The notes: generated by a model not told the origin, from the sequence alone. A DNA stretch of 64,000 nt from an uncultured Eubacteriales bacterium (GCA_964633715.1 CAZWHQ010000012.1:8062-72061), one strand, 5' to 3'. Shown: positions 1-10,037, counted from the stretch's first letter. Translations and numbers: made by a program.

Positions 1-611
1 AGCAGGTTTTCCGGAGAGAGGGGCTGGCCAAAAACCTCTTTCAACCTGGCATAGACTTCAGGAAAAAAATTGTTCACTCCGCTGGAATAATAGTGATCGA
101 GTTCTTCTTGAGTGGCGGTAAAAATTCCCCGTATCACAATTCCACTGACATTTTCAGGATAGGTCTCGGCATAGGCTAAGGCAAGTGTGGATCCCCAGGA
201 TCCTCCAAAAAGGATAATTTGTTTACACTCCATGTGCTTGCGCAGTGTTTCAATATCTTCGACAAGATCCCAGGTTGTGTTTTCCCGAAGCTCGAGAAAA
301 GGCTTTGACAGCCCGGTCCCCCTCTGATCATGGAGAATGATATGAAAAGCCTCTGGATTAAAAAACCGGCGGTAATAGGGAGAGATACGCGCCCCCGGTC
401 CCCCGTGCAGGACAAAAACAGGGATCCCTTCAGGATTCCCACAGGCCTCATAATAAATTTCATGTAGATCTGAAACTTGCAGAGTATCGGTGAGATAGGG
501 CTTTATGTTTGGCCAGAGCGCTGTTGTTTCCTCTGACACAGACTCAGAGCAGCCCGTCAAAATTAAGGGAATGGAAATTAAAACAAAAAACACGTGCAGA
601 TGTTTTTTCAT
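1..611 (-). CDS. pip: Proline iminopeptidase (S33 alpha/beta hydrolase), 5'-partial at window edge; lipoprotein-type signal
   Basis: Minus-strand translation from the ATG at 611 gives MKKHLHVFFVLISIPLILTGCSE...HGGPG...GGSWGSTLALAYA (nucleophile elbow GGSWG). The ORF runs off the left edge. The listed 176..463 ORF is a wrong frame of the same region. Confidence 0.8.
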   Translation of the reverse strand, partial: MKKHLHVFFVLISIPLILTGCSESVSEETTALWPNIKPYLTDTLQVSDLHEIYYEACGNPEGIPVFVLHGGPGARISPYYRRFFNPEAFHIILHDQRGTGLSKPFLELRENTTWDLVEDIETLRKHMECKQIILFGGSWGSTLALAYAETYPENVSGIVIRGIFTATQEELDHYYSSGVNNFFPEVYARLKEVFGQPLSPENL

Positions 612-660
612 TCTTTTTCTCCTGGAAAAACCGACAATCCCATTTTTATCCTTTTTGCTG

Positions 661-666
661 TATAAT
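661..666 (+). promoter_or_regulatory. Sigma70-like -10 hexamer TATAAT with adjacent TG, upstream of the M28-M19 gene
   Basis: gcTGTATAATgg lies about 50 nt upstream of the ATG at 715. The RBS AAGGGAG sits 8 nt before the start. Confidence 0.45.
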
Positions 667-714
667 GGCAAATTAAATCATATGATTTATCCAAATCACA
701 AAGGGAGTCTCTCA

Positions 715-3342
715 ATGAAAAAGATCTCTATCTCTATTGTTCTCTGTTTGCTTTTATTTGGATTGCCGGGGTATACCCAGGTCAAACCGGATGGACAAAA
801 AGCGATGGAACATCTCCGGTTTCTTGCATCAGATGTGATGAAAGGCCGAAAATCCACTACGCCGGAATACCAAAAAGCCGCTGAATATGTAGCAGAAAAG
901 ATGAGAGAGTATGCACTGGAGCCTGGCGGAGAGGCCGGCACTTACTTTCAGCAGGTCGAATTTAAGAATTGGAGAAACTTTACTCCACCAATCCGCCTGG
1001 ATATCCTTCATCCTACAACCATAAAATTATTTCCGGGACGAAATGCAGATTTTTCACCGATGAACAACACAGGTTCTGGAATAGTGAGAGGGCCTCTTGT
1101 TTTTGCCGGTTACGGCCTGGTTTCAGAAAAAAACAACTGGGATGACTACAAAGATCTCGATGTGCAGGGAAAAATTGTGCTTATTATCCCAGATGCACCT
1201 GAATTTTTGAAAGATCTTACGATTGAAGAAAAGTCAATAGAGACAAAGATTAAAACAGCCGTTAAAAAAGAAGCAAAGGGTGTCATCTTCATGAACATAG
1301 GGGCTAGGATTCGCAGTCCCAGGCAAAAACAGGACGATAATACAGAGACCTGGCCAGAGGACTTTCTGATCTTCTCAGCAAATACATCCGCACTCGACCG
1401 GTTTTTTTATTTGAATAATCTCAGCTGGCGCACAATGGTCAGCCACACTCTAAGAGAGAAAAAATCTTTTACTTCCGAACTGGACATAGAGGTCGAAATG
1501 GAAGCCCATTTCACCCTAGAGGACAGGACGGCTCCCAATGTCATCGGTATCCTTCCAGGACAACACCCAAAACTTAAGGACGAGTGTATTATTATCGGCG
1601 CCCATCTCGATCATCTGGGCATCAATATGGACGGCCTGATTTACAATGGAGCTGATGACAACGCCTCTGGTGTAGCCGTTATTTTGGAACTGGCTCGGGT
1701 GTTCAACCTGAATCATTTCAGCCCGGAAAGGACTCTTGTATTTGCAGCCTGGGCCGGTGAGGAACTCGGCCTTGTCGGATCGAGGTACTATACAGAGCAT
1801 CCCCTGTTCCCTCTAGAAAAGACCGCTGTTTATATGAACATGGACATGGTCGGCTGCGGGGATGAGGATCTGTTTGTGGGAGGCATGTGGGAATTTTCTG
1901 ACTTATATGACCTTATCAAACAAAACCTGACTGAAGATTTAAATTCAAAACTCCGCTACCGATTAAATTACCGGGGTTCAGACCACAGTTCCTTTATCGG
2001 AAAGGGCGTTACGTCTATCAGTCTAAGATCAGGTAATCCTCTCACACGCGAACTGGATGATGAACATCCTGAATACCACTACCCAGGAGATACTCCAGAC
2101 ATTATCCAGCCGGAACTCCTTCAATTGGCCACAGAGTACCACCAAGAAGTTATCTCCTTCCTGGCCAACACAAAAGACAATCTCTTCGATCCCATACACC
2201 ACACGAATTTTATTCATAAAGATTCAACTCTTGTCGATATGCACTGCGATACAATCGGAAGGTTTCTTGCTGGCCAGGATCTCACTTTGGATAACTCCCG
2301 GGGGCACATCGATATTCCAAAGCTCCAAAAGGGAGCTGTAGATTTGCAGGTTTTTGCATGTTATGTCGGCCCTCCACAAAATGAAGTGCAGAAGAACCAG
2401 GCGGCCAAACGCGCCTTTGATCAGATCGATGCCGTTTTTCAACTGGTCGAAGAAAATCCCGACGACCTTCTCCTGGTCCTTGACCCAACCGATCTCAGGC
2501 TGCTTCGCGGGACCAGAAAAACCGGCGTTTTAATTGGCATCGAGGGCGGATACGCGATCGAAAACGATCTTCGACTCCTGCGCAATTTCTACCGCAACGG
2601 CGTCAGGTTGATGACATTGACGCACTGGACACATACAGATTGGGCCGATGCATCGGGTGATCCAGAGACGACATACGGAGGGCTCACAGAGTTTGGCGAA
2701 AAAGTTGTGAAAGAAATGAATAAACTCGGCATGATTATCGATGTCTCCCATGCCCATGACGAAACCTTTTGGGATGTGATTGAACTCACAGACTCTCCTA
2801 TTGTCGCCTCTCATTCCTGCGCCCGCGCTCTTTCCGATCACCACCGGAACATGTCAGACGAGATGCTCAAAGCCCTGGCAAAAAATGGCGGTGTCATCGG
2901 CATCAACTTTTACCCCGGATTCCTTAACGCTGAAAACAGCGAAAAACTTGCAGATCTCAGAACTGAACTCTTAGAAAAACACGGTCTTCCTGAGGAATCC
3001 AGGGAATTCATCAAAGCCGATGCAGAGAAAAGAAAAAAATTCAACGCCGAATACAAGATTAAATCCGAAGAACTCAGGAAGATTCTTCCTCCAATTGATG
3101 TCAAAACAGTTGTGGACCATATCGATCACGTCGTCGAAGTTACAGGCAAGACAGATTATGTTGGATTGGGATCTGATTTTGACGGCATCGGGAGCACTCC
3201 TATGGGGCTGGAGAACGCGGGAAATATGGCGAATATCACAGCTGAACTCGTGAAACGAGGATACAAGGACACCGATATCAGAAAGATCCTCGGTGACAAT
3301 TTCTTGAGAGTTTTCCGGAGAGTGAGCAGCAAAAATAATTAA
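715..3342 (+). CDS. Fused secreted peptidase: N-terminal M28 aminopeptidase with PA domain and C-terminal M19 membrane-dipeptidase domain
   Basis: The start is moved to the ATG at 715 (MKKISISIVLCLLLFGLPGYTQ signal peptide, RBS). The ATG at 505 would overlap pip. M28 motifs are GADDNASGVAVILELARVF, EELGLVGS and HSSF. M19 motifs are VDMHCDT, GIEGG, HWTHTDWADASG, IIDVSHAHDETFWDVIE, SHSCARAL and GLGSDFDGIG. Confidence 0.8.
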   Translation: MKKISISIVLCLLLFGLPGYTQVKPDGQKAMEHLRFLASDVMKGRKSTTPEYQKAAEYVAEKMREYALEPGGEAGTYFQQVEFKNWRNFTPPIRLDILHPTTIKLFPGRNADFSPMNNTGSGIVRGPLVFAGYGLVSEKNNWDDYKDLDVQGKIVLIIPDAPEFLKDLTIEEKSIETKIKTAVKKEAKGVIFMNIGARIRSPRQKQDDNTETWPEDFLIFSANTSALDRFFYLNNLSWRTMVSHTLREKKSFTSELDIEVEMEAHFTLEDRTAPNVIGILPGQHPKLKDECIIIGAHLDHLGINMDGLIYNGADDNASGVAVILELARVFNLNHFSPERTLVFAAWAGEELGLVGSRYYTEHPLFPLEKTAVYMNMDMVGCGDEDLFVGGMWEFSDLYDLIKQNLTEDLNSKLRYRLNYRGSDHSSFIGKGVTSISLRSGNPLTRELDDEHPEYHYPGDTPDIIQPELLQLATEYHQEVISFLANTKDNLFDPIHHTNFIHKDSTLVDMHCDTIGRFLAGQDLTLDNSRGHIDIPKLQKGAVDLQVFACYVGPPQNEVQKNQAAKRAFDQIDAVFQLVEENPDDLLLVLDPTDLRLLRGTRKTGVLIGIEGGYAIENDLRLLRNFYRNGVRLMTLTHWTHTDWADASGDPETTYGGLTEFGEKVVKEMNKLGMIIDVSHAHDETFWDVIELTDSPIVASHSCARALSDHHRNMSDEMLKALAKNGGVIGINFYPGFLNAENSEKLADLRTELLEKHGLPEESREFIKADAEKRKKFNAEYKIKSEELRKILPPIDVKTVVDHIDHVVEVTGKTDYVGLGSDFDGIGSTPMGLENAGNMANITAELVKRGYKDTDIRKILGDNFLRVFRRVSSKNN

Positions 3343-3354
3343 CAAAAAAACCAC

Positions 3355-4719
3355 ATGAAAAACCAAACTGACGACAACGGCTTGAAGCGCAAATTGGGGC
3401 TGTTTCCTACGACCAATATCGTCGTAGCCAACATGATTGGCGCGGGCATCTTTACGACTTCAGGGCTGCTCATGATGGATTTACTCAATCCAGTTTTGAT
3501 GATTTCACTTTGGATTGTTGGAGGAATCATAGCCCTCTGCGGGGCATTGGCCTATGGTGAACTCGGCGCAGCCATCCCCCAAGCAGGCGGAGAATACACT
3601 TTTCTCTCAAAATTATACAATCCCATTCTTGGTTTTTTGAGTGGGTGGGTATCATTTTTTGTCGGCTTTTCGGCACCCATCGCAGCCTCGGCTATTGGAT
3701 TCACAGAATATTTCACCCGCGCATTTCCAGGATTCTTGAAGTTTGGTATTTTCGGCGAAACAGTGGAAACCTTAATCCTCAAAAAGTTTTATGCCATTCT
3801 TATCATCGTCATTTTTACCGTTATCCATATGAGAGGTCTGGAACTTGGAACCAAGGTTCAAAATTCTTTAACTGTTTTAAAAGTGGCCCTGATCGTGGGA
3901 CTGGTCTTTTTTGGTTTTTTGTTGGGGAATGGGGATATGAATCATTTCTCCCTCGGAAGTGTTTTTAATTTCGACTTTTCTGGCTGGAAAACGATCGGTC
4001 TCTCACTCATGTGGATTATGTTCGCCTACGCCGGATGGAATGCCTCCGCCTATATCGGCTCTGAAATTAAAAATCCTGCTAAAAATCTTCCACGATCGCT
4101 CCTGCTCGGAACCGGGATTGTCTTATTCCTCTATATCTGTCTCAACTTTTTCTATGTCTATGCCGTTCCCCCTGCCGATATGGGAGGTGTCATTTCGATC
4201 GGAGGGCTCGCAGTCGGCAATCTCTTCGGAAAATCCTTTGAAAGCCTGCTGTCGGTCTTGATTTCATTTGCTCTATTTTCGTCCTTAAGTGCCTTTATTA
4301 TTCTGGGCCCCCGCGTGTACTATTCAATGGCCAGGGACCGCGCTTTTTTCAAATTTGCAGGTGAAGTCCATCCCAAGTTTGGCGTTCCATCCAAATCGAT
4401 TTTACTGCAGGGAGGAATAGCGGTTGTGATGGTTCTCTTCGGTACCTTCGACCAGCTGCTCACCTATATGGGATTTTCTCTAGGAATTTTTCCGATTCTG
4501 GCTGTTCTTGGAGTATTTAAATTGAGACGGACCAACAAAAGTGTCACCAAACTCCCAGGATTTCCTGTCACCTCTCTGGTGTACATTGTTGCAGGTGTCT
4601 GCATTCTTGTTCTGGCCTATTTTGAACGCCCCATCGAATCATCGATCGCAATAGGAACGGTCCTGACTGGAATCCCAGCCTACTTCTTGTTTAAGAAGAC
4701 ATATAAAGACCAAGAGTAG
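3355..4719 (+). CDS. APC superfamily amino-acid permease
   Basis: 454 aa with 12 predicted TM segments. The N-terminus TTNIVVANMIGAGIFTTSGL is typical of the APC/LAT family. The start lies 13 nt after the upstream stop. Confidence 0.85.
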   Translation: MKNQTDDNGLKRKLGLFPTTNIVVANMIGAGIFTTSGLLMMDLLNPVLMISLWIVGGIIALCGALAYGELGAAIPQAGGEYTFLSKLYNPILGFLSGWVSFFVGFSAPIAASAIGFTEYFTRAFPGFLKFGIFGETVETLILKKFYAILIIVIFTVIHMRGLELGTKVQNSLTVLKVALIVGLVFFGFLLGNGDMNHFSLGSVFNFDFSGWKTIGLSLMWIMFAYAGWNASAYIGSEIKNPAKNLPRSLLLGTGIVLFLYICLNFFYVYAVPPADMGGVISIGGLAVGNLFGKSFESLLSVLISFALFSSLSAFIILGPRVYYSMARDRAFFKFAGEVHPKFGVPSKSILLQGGIAVVMVLFGTFDQLLTYMGFSLGIFPILAVLGVFKLRRTNKSVTKLPGFPVTSLVYIVAGVCILVLAYFERPIESSIAIGTVLTGIPAYFLFKKTYKDQE

Positions 4720-4720
4720 A

Positions 4721-4748
4721 TGAATTAGAGGTGAATTAGAGGGACATC
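4721..4748 (+). repeat. Tandem short repeat TGAATTAGAGG/TGAATTAGAGGGACATC (REP-like unit, copy A)
   Basis: It sits directly after the permease stop TAG. The same 17-mer recurs at 9560 and, inverted, at 26835. Its core AATT..GGGACA..TC resembles the 27-bp unit of the 26718-26830 palindrome. Confidence 0.7.
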
Positions 4749-6137
4749 AGATTCTCAAGTGAATCGATAGCTTCCTCATATTCTCCGACAATGGTGTAAA
4801 TCGACGCCAAGTTTAAAACATATCGAGGCCCATCAAAGGCATCTTTAGACAGGGGAAACATCTCGACAGAACGGAGCCCTTCCTGCACAGCCTCGTCCTT
4901 CCGGTCAAGATAGGCGTAAAGAAGACCAAAAGAGGAGCGAAACCGGGGATCCTGCGGATTCTTTTGAACCAAGTCCTCGATTATAAGAAGTGCCGTTTGG
5001 GCAAACTTCCGCATGTTTTGGATATCATTCATCAAATAATAGGTGGACGCCAGAGCCATGTCTGTGGGGATATAAAACGTGTTCCCCACAAACGCGTTAT
5101 AGGGCAGAGCCTCTAACCGTTCGATGACATCGTTATTTTTTTTTCAAGAAGTCCTTGAATGTACCAGGAGTAATCGGTCAACTGAAGATCGGGCAACTGG
5201 AGAAGGAGAGCAAGCGATGCATCCAAATCTCCTCTTGCCAGGATCGGAAGCCTTGTCTTCGCAAGAAGAGGAAAGAAATATTTCGGATCGATGGAGATCG
5301 CTCTATCAAACCAGATTTCTGCCTCGTCATATTGGCGCAAACACACATAACTCCGACCTATCTGGTAGGCCAGATCGGCATTCAAAGGGCTGAGTTTAAA
5401 AGAATCCTCAAGAATGGCCGTAGATTCATCCCACCGTCCCTGGCGGCGGAGGATATATCCTAAATAGGTATAGGGCAAATTCGGCCTGGCCTTATGCACC
5501 TCCTCAAAAATTTCAAGGGCACGATTTTAATCTTGAAATCCACGGTAGTAGTAAAATCCCAAAGCCAGTTTTGCATCGGGAAGATCGGGATCGATCTCAA
5601 GCGCCCTGTAATCCGCTTCCCTTGCCTTTTCCAGCCGCTCTTCAGTCCGGTCCACACCGTTAGAGTAGGCCCATTGGTGCGTGATGGAGAGAGTGACGTA
5701 GGCAAAGGAGAAATTGGGATCCAGATCGATAGCTTTGTTCAATAATTCTACTGTTTCATTATAATCGGCAAGATTGGACGTGTTCCAGGCATATCCGGCC
5801 AGCTGTCTTGCTTGGAGATAATAATCACAACGGCAGCGGCCAGAATTCCCCAGCGCTTCTGGAAAGAGATCGTTTGACTCTTTGTTGTTCCCTGGATTTC
5901 CGGAGCCTGGTATTCGACTATGGGCAAAAAATGTTCCAGAGATCTCAGCTCGGCCGCTAAAAGTCCGGGATTGTCAAACCGTTCTTCTTTTCTCTTTTTT
6001 AAGCACCTTAAGATCAGCTGGGCGACCTCATAGGGAATTTGAGAATTGAAACCACGAGGATCCGGAGGCACTTCAGTTTTTTGTTTCGAAGCAATTTCAG
6101 CCGCAGAATCTCCTATAAAGGGCTTTGTCCCTGTCAA
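4736..6137 (-). pseudogene. Decayed paralog of the TPR-sensor Ser/Thr kinases (kinase C-lobe tail + TM + TPR repeats), 5'-truncated and split into four frames
   Basis: ORFs 5748..6137, 5527..5742, 5113..5499 and 4736..5089 are collinear with the kinase tail, TM (WGILAAAVVIIIS) and TPR region of the 11350..14475 protein. The catalytic N-lobe is absent. The last codons MSL* are supplied by the repeat at 4732-4748. Confidence 0.7.
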
Positions 6138-6220
6138 ACTTAAGGCTTTTTGAGAGTTGACTTATTTCAATTTTTCTGCTTTAAATTGACGACATGGTCT
6201 GTCTAAATCAATCTGAGAGA

Positions 6221-9200
6221 ATGACAAATAAAAAGAGGTCTTTTTTCCCCGTCCACATGTTATTTTTGATTGCTGGAATTTTTCTGTTTTCCTTTTTCTG
6301 CTCTTTAAAAAATCAACCTCCATCCGCTTCTGAAAGACGTTGGTTTTTTGGATTTGACAAAGCCATTCGAGGGGAAACGATCTCTTATCATTCCCCCATT
6401 CCCGAGGCCAAAGCAGCATTAATCGTAAGATCTATTGATAAAGATCGCTTCATCGAGTGGACAACGGAACCCCTCCCGGAAATCATTACAGGAGATTCGA
6501 TTACGTTTGTTTGGTTGGCTGGAATTGATGTCAATACAGACAGCCATATCTATGATTTTTTTATAAACGAAAAAAAATGGTTCTCTTTTTCCAATCCAAT
6601 TGATCAAAAAAATGAAGACTGGCAGCTGAAGGGAAATCACGGTGTAAACCTGGAATATCACGTCACATCGATCGATAAATACAACGATTTTATGGGATTC
6701 ATGTTTCTTCATATCCCAAAATCCTTGTTTCCATCAGGACAATCCCTGCATCTCCGCGTCCAAGGAGAAAGCGCCAAAAGCCAGAGCTGGTTTATGATCT
6801 TCCAGTTTCAGGTCAAGCCTCAATTGACACTATTTAGTGAACAGGCCGTGCTCCGCAGGTCCGAAAAACCAAATCAAACAATACGGCTTGAAATCGTCCA
6901 TCTCGACAATCCTGCCCAAGCAACAGTGAGAGCGGGAGACCAGATTTTGGACTCTCCATTGAAACTGGGGCATAATGTTCTCCGTATAGGGATTCCTGCT
7001 GTGCACAGATCAAAATCTTTCACAGTGCAAGTGGATATTCCGGGAAATGACTCTTTAGTCGAACATATTTTCATTCATCCTGTAAGGCATAAGGACATCT
7101 ATCTTCTTCACCATTCCCACGTCGATATCGGATACACACATATTCAAGAAGAAGTGAAAAACATCCAAACCAAAAATCTCGAACTGGCCATCGATCTGGC
7201 CTCTCAAACACAGAGTTTTCCAAAGGAATCTCAATTTAAGTGGAATACAGAAGTGATGTGGCCCATAGATGTATTCAAAGATTATGCTTCGGCGGAGAGC
7301 CAGGACAATCTGATCTCTGCCGTTCAAAATGGATCTATAGGACTGGATGCCCTCTATGCCAACGTGCTGACCGGTTTGTGCCATCCTGAAGAGTTGATAC
7401 ACCTTTTGGATAGTGCACGATTTGCGGCCCAAAAATATGGTGTGAACGTCGACGCCGCCATGATTACTGATATTCCAGGATACACATGGGGACTCGTCCC
7501 GGTACTTGCGCAGAGCGGAATTAAATATCTCTCAATCGGGACGAACTCGAGCCACCGCATCGGCCACATCCTTTCCGAATGGGCGGACCGTCCCTTTTAC
7601 TGGATGTCCCCTTCCGGGCAAGAAAAAGTTCTTTGCTGGGTGCATGGAAAAGGATATTCCTGGTTCCATACAGGTCTTGGGTATTCCAGACTCGACAAAC
7701 GGCTTCAAGAAACTCCCATTTTTGAGTATTTATCCGAACTTGAAACCAATAACTACCCCTACGACATCATTGCAGTCCGCTATAACATCGGCTCGGACAA
7801 TGGCCCTCCGGATCCGGAGCTGTCAAATACGGTTAAAGCCTGGAACGAAAAATACATTTCTCCAAAAATGATCATTGCCACAACCAGCGAAATGTTCCAT
7901 GCTTTTGAGGATAAATACAGCAAAAAGCTTCCCGTTTTCAGGGGGGATTTTACAGGGTATTGGGAAGATGGAGCTGCCTCTTCGGCACGAGAGACAACAC
8001 TTACACGAAAGGCTGCCGAACGCCTCGTCCAAACAGAAATCCTGTGGTCTCTGCTCTCCCCGCACACCTTTCCTTCGGAAGTTGTGGAAGAGACATGGCA
8101 AAATATCCTCCTGTATGATGAGCACACATGGGGCTCATGGAACAGTATTAGCGCTCCGGACTCCGATTTCACTTTAAAACAGTGGGAGACAAAACAATCT
8201 TATGCTTTAAATGCCGATCGGCTCTCCAGACAATTGAAAAAGAATATTAGTGGAATCCCTGAAGACAGCTCGGACAAAATAGAATCCTTGGATGTATTCA
8301 ACACCACATCCTGGGAAAGGTCAGATATTGTTACAATCCCGGCCGATATTCCTGTGGAGGGAGATCGAGTGGTTGACGATGCCGGCCATCCCCTTCCATC
8401 CCAAAGGCTTTCCACCGGCGAATTGGCTGTTCTTTTAGAAGGGGTTCCTGCATTTGGAGCAAAAAGGGTGTTTTTCCAGGACCAAGCGGCCTACTCATGG
8501 GGACAAGCCCGAACGACAGGAACAGAACTCAGTAATGGATGGATTTCCCTTCAGATCGACAAGGCTTCAGGAGCTATCAAGGATTTTAGAACTAAAGATT
8601 TGGATACAAATCTGGCCGACAGACAAAACGGATCCGGTTTAAATGAATACCTCTATGTCGCTGGACGAAATCCAAAAAATCTCCTGAAGAACAAAAACGT
8701 TTCTCTCCAAATCAAAGACTCTGGTCCCCTTGTGGCCTCAATAACAATAGTCTCAGATGCTCCTGGATGCCGGTCCTTAGAACAGGAAATACGAGTTATT
8801 GCCGGTCTCAAACGTGTGGACATCCTTAACGTTATCGACAAACAGGACGTTCGCAAACCTGAGGGTGTTCATTTTGCTTTCCCGTTTTTTATCCCCGAGG
8901 GGCAGGTGCGTGTGGACATAGCCTGGGGGAACTACCGTCCGGAATACGACCAGCTGCCCGGCTCGAATAAAAACTATTTTAGTGTCCAACGCTGGGTGGA
9001 CATTTCCAATAAAAACTTCGGTATCACATGGATCAGCCCAGACACCCCCCTGATTGAAGTGGGAGAGATCGCATCCGATCCCACAGTGTTTGGATGGAAA
9101 ATAAGTGTGGATCCCACACAAACTATCTATTCCTATGTCATGAACAATTACTGGGAAACCAACTACAAGGCCTCACAGGAAGGCCCTGTAACATTCCGGT

Positions 9201-9562
9201 ATTCATTGACACCTCATTCCAACTTTGATCCCGTGGAAACGGAACGCTTTGCCATCGAACGTTGCCAACCTCTGATTGTTCTTCCTTCAGACAAAATAGT
9301 CCCTTCTTCATCTTTTCTCCAGCTGGATTCGTCAAATGTTTTAGTGACCTCGCTGAAACCCAGCAAAGACGGACAGGCCATCCTTTTAAGGCTTTATAAT
9401 CCCGGCGTAAGAACGGAAAGGTTACGGTTCATCTGGGGGAAGCAAAAACCCGAATCTCTTTATACAAGCAGCCCGTTTGAAGAAAAGGGAAAAAAAATCA
9501 CAGATACACTTCGTGTTCCAGCTTTTGGAATATTAACTCTCCGCGCCGAAAACTTTAAATGA
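6221..9562 (+). CDS. Secreted glycoside hydrolase, GH38 (alpha-mannosidase)-like catalytic domain with an extra N-terminal domain
   Basis: HHSHVDIGYTH resembles the GH38 HxHxDxGW metal-binding motif. It is a long 1110-aa ORF with an N-terminal hydrophobic signal. The start is chosen at ATG 6221 (ATG 6194 is the alternative). The stop TGA is part of the repeat at 9560. Confidence 0.55.
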   Translation: MTNKKRSFFPVHMLFLIAGIFLFSFFCSLKNQPPSASERRWFFGFDKAIRGETISYHSPIPEAKAALIVRSIDKDRFIEWTTEPLPEIITGDSITFVWLAGIDVNTDSHIYDFFINEKKWFSFSNPIDQKNEDWQLKGNHGVNLEYHVTSIDKYNDFMGFMFLHIPKSLFPSGQSLHLRVQGESAKSQSWFMIFQFQVKPQLTLFSEQAVLRRSEKPNQTIRLEIVHLDNPAQATVRAGDQILDSPLKLGHNVLRIGIPAVHRSKSFTVQVDIPGNDSLVEHIFIHPVRHKDIYLLHHSHVDIGYTHIQEEVKNIQTKNLELAIDLASQTQSFPKESQFKWNTEVMWPIDVFKDYASAESQDNLISAVQNGSIGLDALYANVLTGLCHPEELIHLLDSARFAAQKYGVNVDAAMITDIPGYTWGLVPVLAQSGIKYLSIGTNSSHRIGHILSEWADRPFYWMSPSGQEKVLCWVHGKGYSWFHTGLGYSRLDKRLQETPIFEYLSELETNNYPYDIIAVRYNIGSDNGPPDPELSNTVKAWNEKYISPKMIIATTSEMFHAFEDKYSKKLPVFRGDFTGYWEDGAASSARETTLTRKAAERLVQTEILWSLLSPHTFPSEVVEETWQNILLYDEHTWGSWNSISAPDSDFTLKQWETKQSYALNADRLSRQLKKNISGIPEDSSDKIESLDVFNTTSWERSDIVTIPADIPVEGDRVVDDAGHPLPSQRLSTGELAVLLEGVPAFGAKRVFFQDQAAYSWGQARTTGTELSNGWISLQIDKASGAIKDFRTKDLDTNLADRQNGSGLNEYLYVAGRNPKNLLKNKNVSLQIKDSGPLVASITIVSDAPGCRSLEQEIRVIAGLKRVDILNVIDKQDVRKPEGVHFAFPFFIPEGQVRVDIAWGNYRPEYDQLPGSNKNYFSVQRWVDISNKNFGITWISPDTPLIEVGEIASDPTVFGWKISVDPTQTIYSYVMNNYWETNYKASQEGPVTFRYSLTPHSNFDPVETERFAIERCQPLIVLPSDKIVPSSSFLQLDSSNVLVTSLKPSKDGQAILLRLYNPGVRTERLRFIWGKQKPESLYTSSPFEEKGKKITDTLRVPAFGILTLRAENFK

Positions 9563-9590
9563 ATTAGAGGGACATCTGAATTAGAGGGAC
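9560..9590 (+). repeat. Tandem REP-like repeat TGAATTAGAGGGACATC + TGAATTAGAGGGAC (copy B)
   Basis: Exact 17-mer match to copy A. It provides the stop codon of the GH38-like gene and, on the other strand, the MSL* end of the ABC fragment. Confidence 0.7.
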
Positions 9591-10037
9591 CAAAAGCAGA
9601 GCCGGGTGAATCATTCCGATCATTAACACGGGGATAACAAGGGCAAGGCCGGAGTCCATAATCAACACCACACCCGGACTGAACATCAGGTTGAGTGAAC
9701 GCATGTCATTGGTGGAACGGGCCATGATATCGCCGATGCGCTGCCGGCTGTGGAAGGTTTGGCTTTTTCCCAGAAGATTCAAGTAAAGCTCCTCCCGTGA
9801 GTCTCTCTCGACACGCTGAGCCAAAAATTCTCCCGAAAAGTTCCGCAAGACTCCGGTCAGACCTTCACTGAGAGCGGATCCAAGGATGACAAATACGGGA
9901 ACCATTAGGGCGGCAGTCTGGAATCCGGACTTTAAAATGACATCAAAGGCCTTTCCGACATAAAGCTGGATGTTGCTGTAGGCAAAATTGTTGACGACAG
10001 TACTGAAGAGCAGAATCAAAGCCGTGGAGGATTCCAC
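9564..10037 (-). pseudogene. ABC exporter transmembrane-domain fragment (TM1-TM3 only), 3'-truncated at the repeat
   Basis: RIGDIMARSTNDMRSLN matches the type I ABC exporter TMD motif (TGDLxSRxTNDV). It is only 157 aa with no NBD. It starts at GTG and ends in the repeat-encoded MSL*. Confidence 0.6.

Noticed and set aside
176-463. Minus-strand ORF of 95 aa
   Set aside because: It is an alternative frame inside the proline iminopeptidase coding region. The real frame encodes the GGSWG hydrolase and runs off the window edge.
505-714. Upstream part of the listed 505..3342 ORF (ATG at 505)
   Set aside because: It would overlap the pip gene on the opposite strand by >100 nt and precede the promoter-like TATAAT. 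A signal-peptide Met with an RBS at 715 is the credible start.
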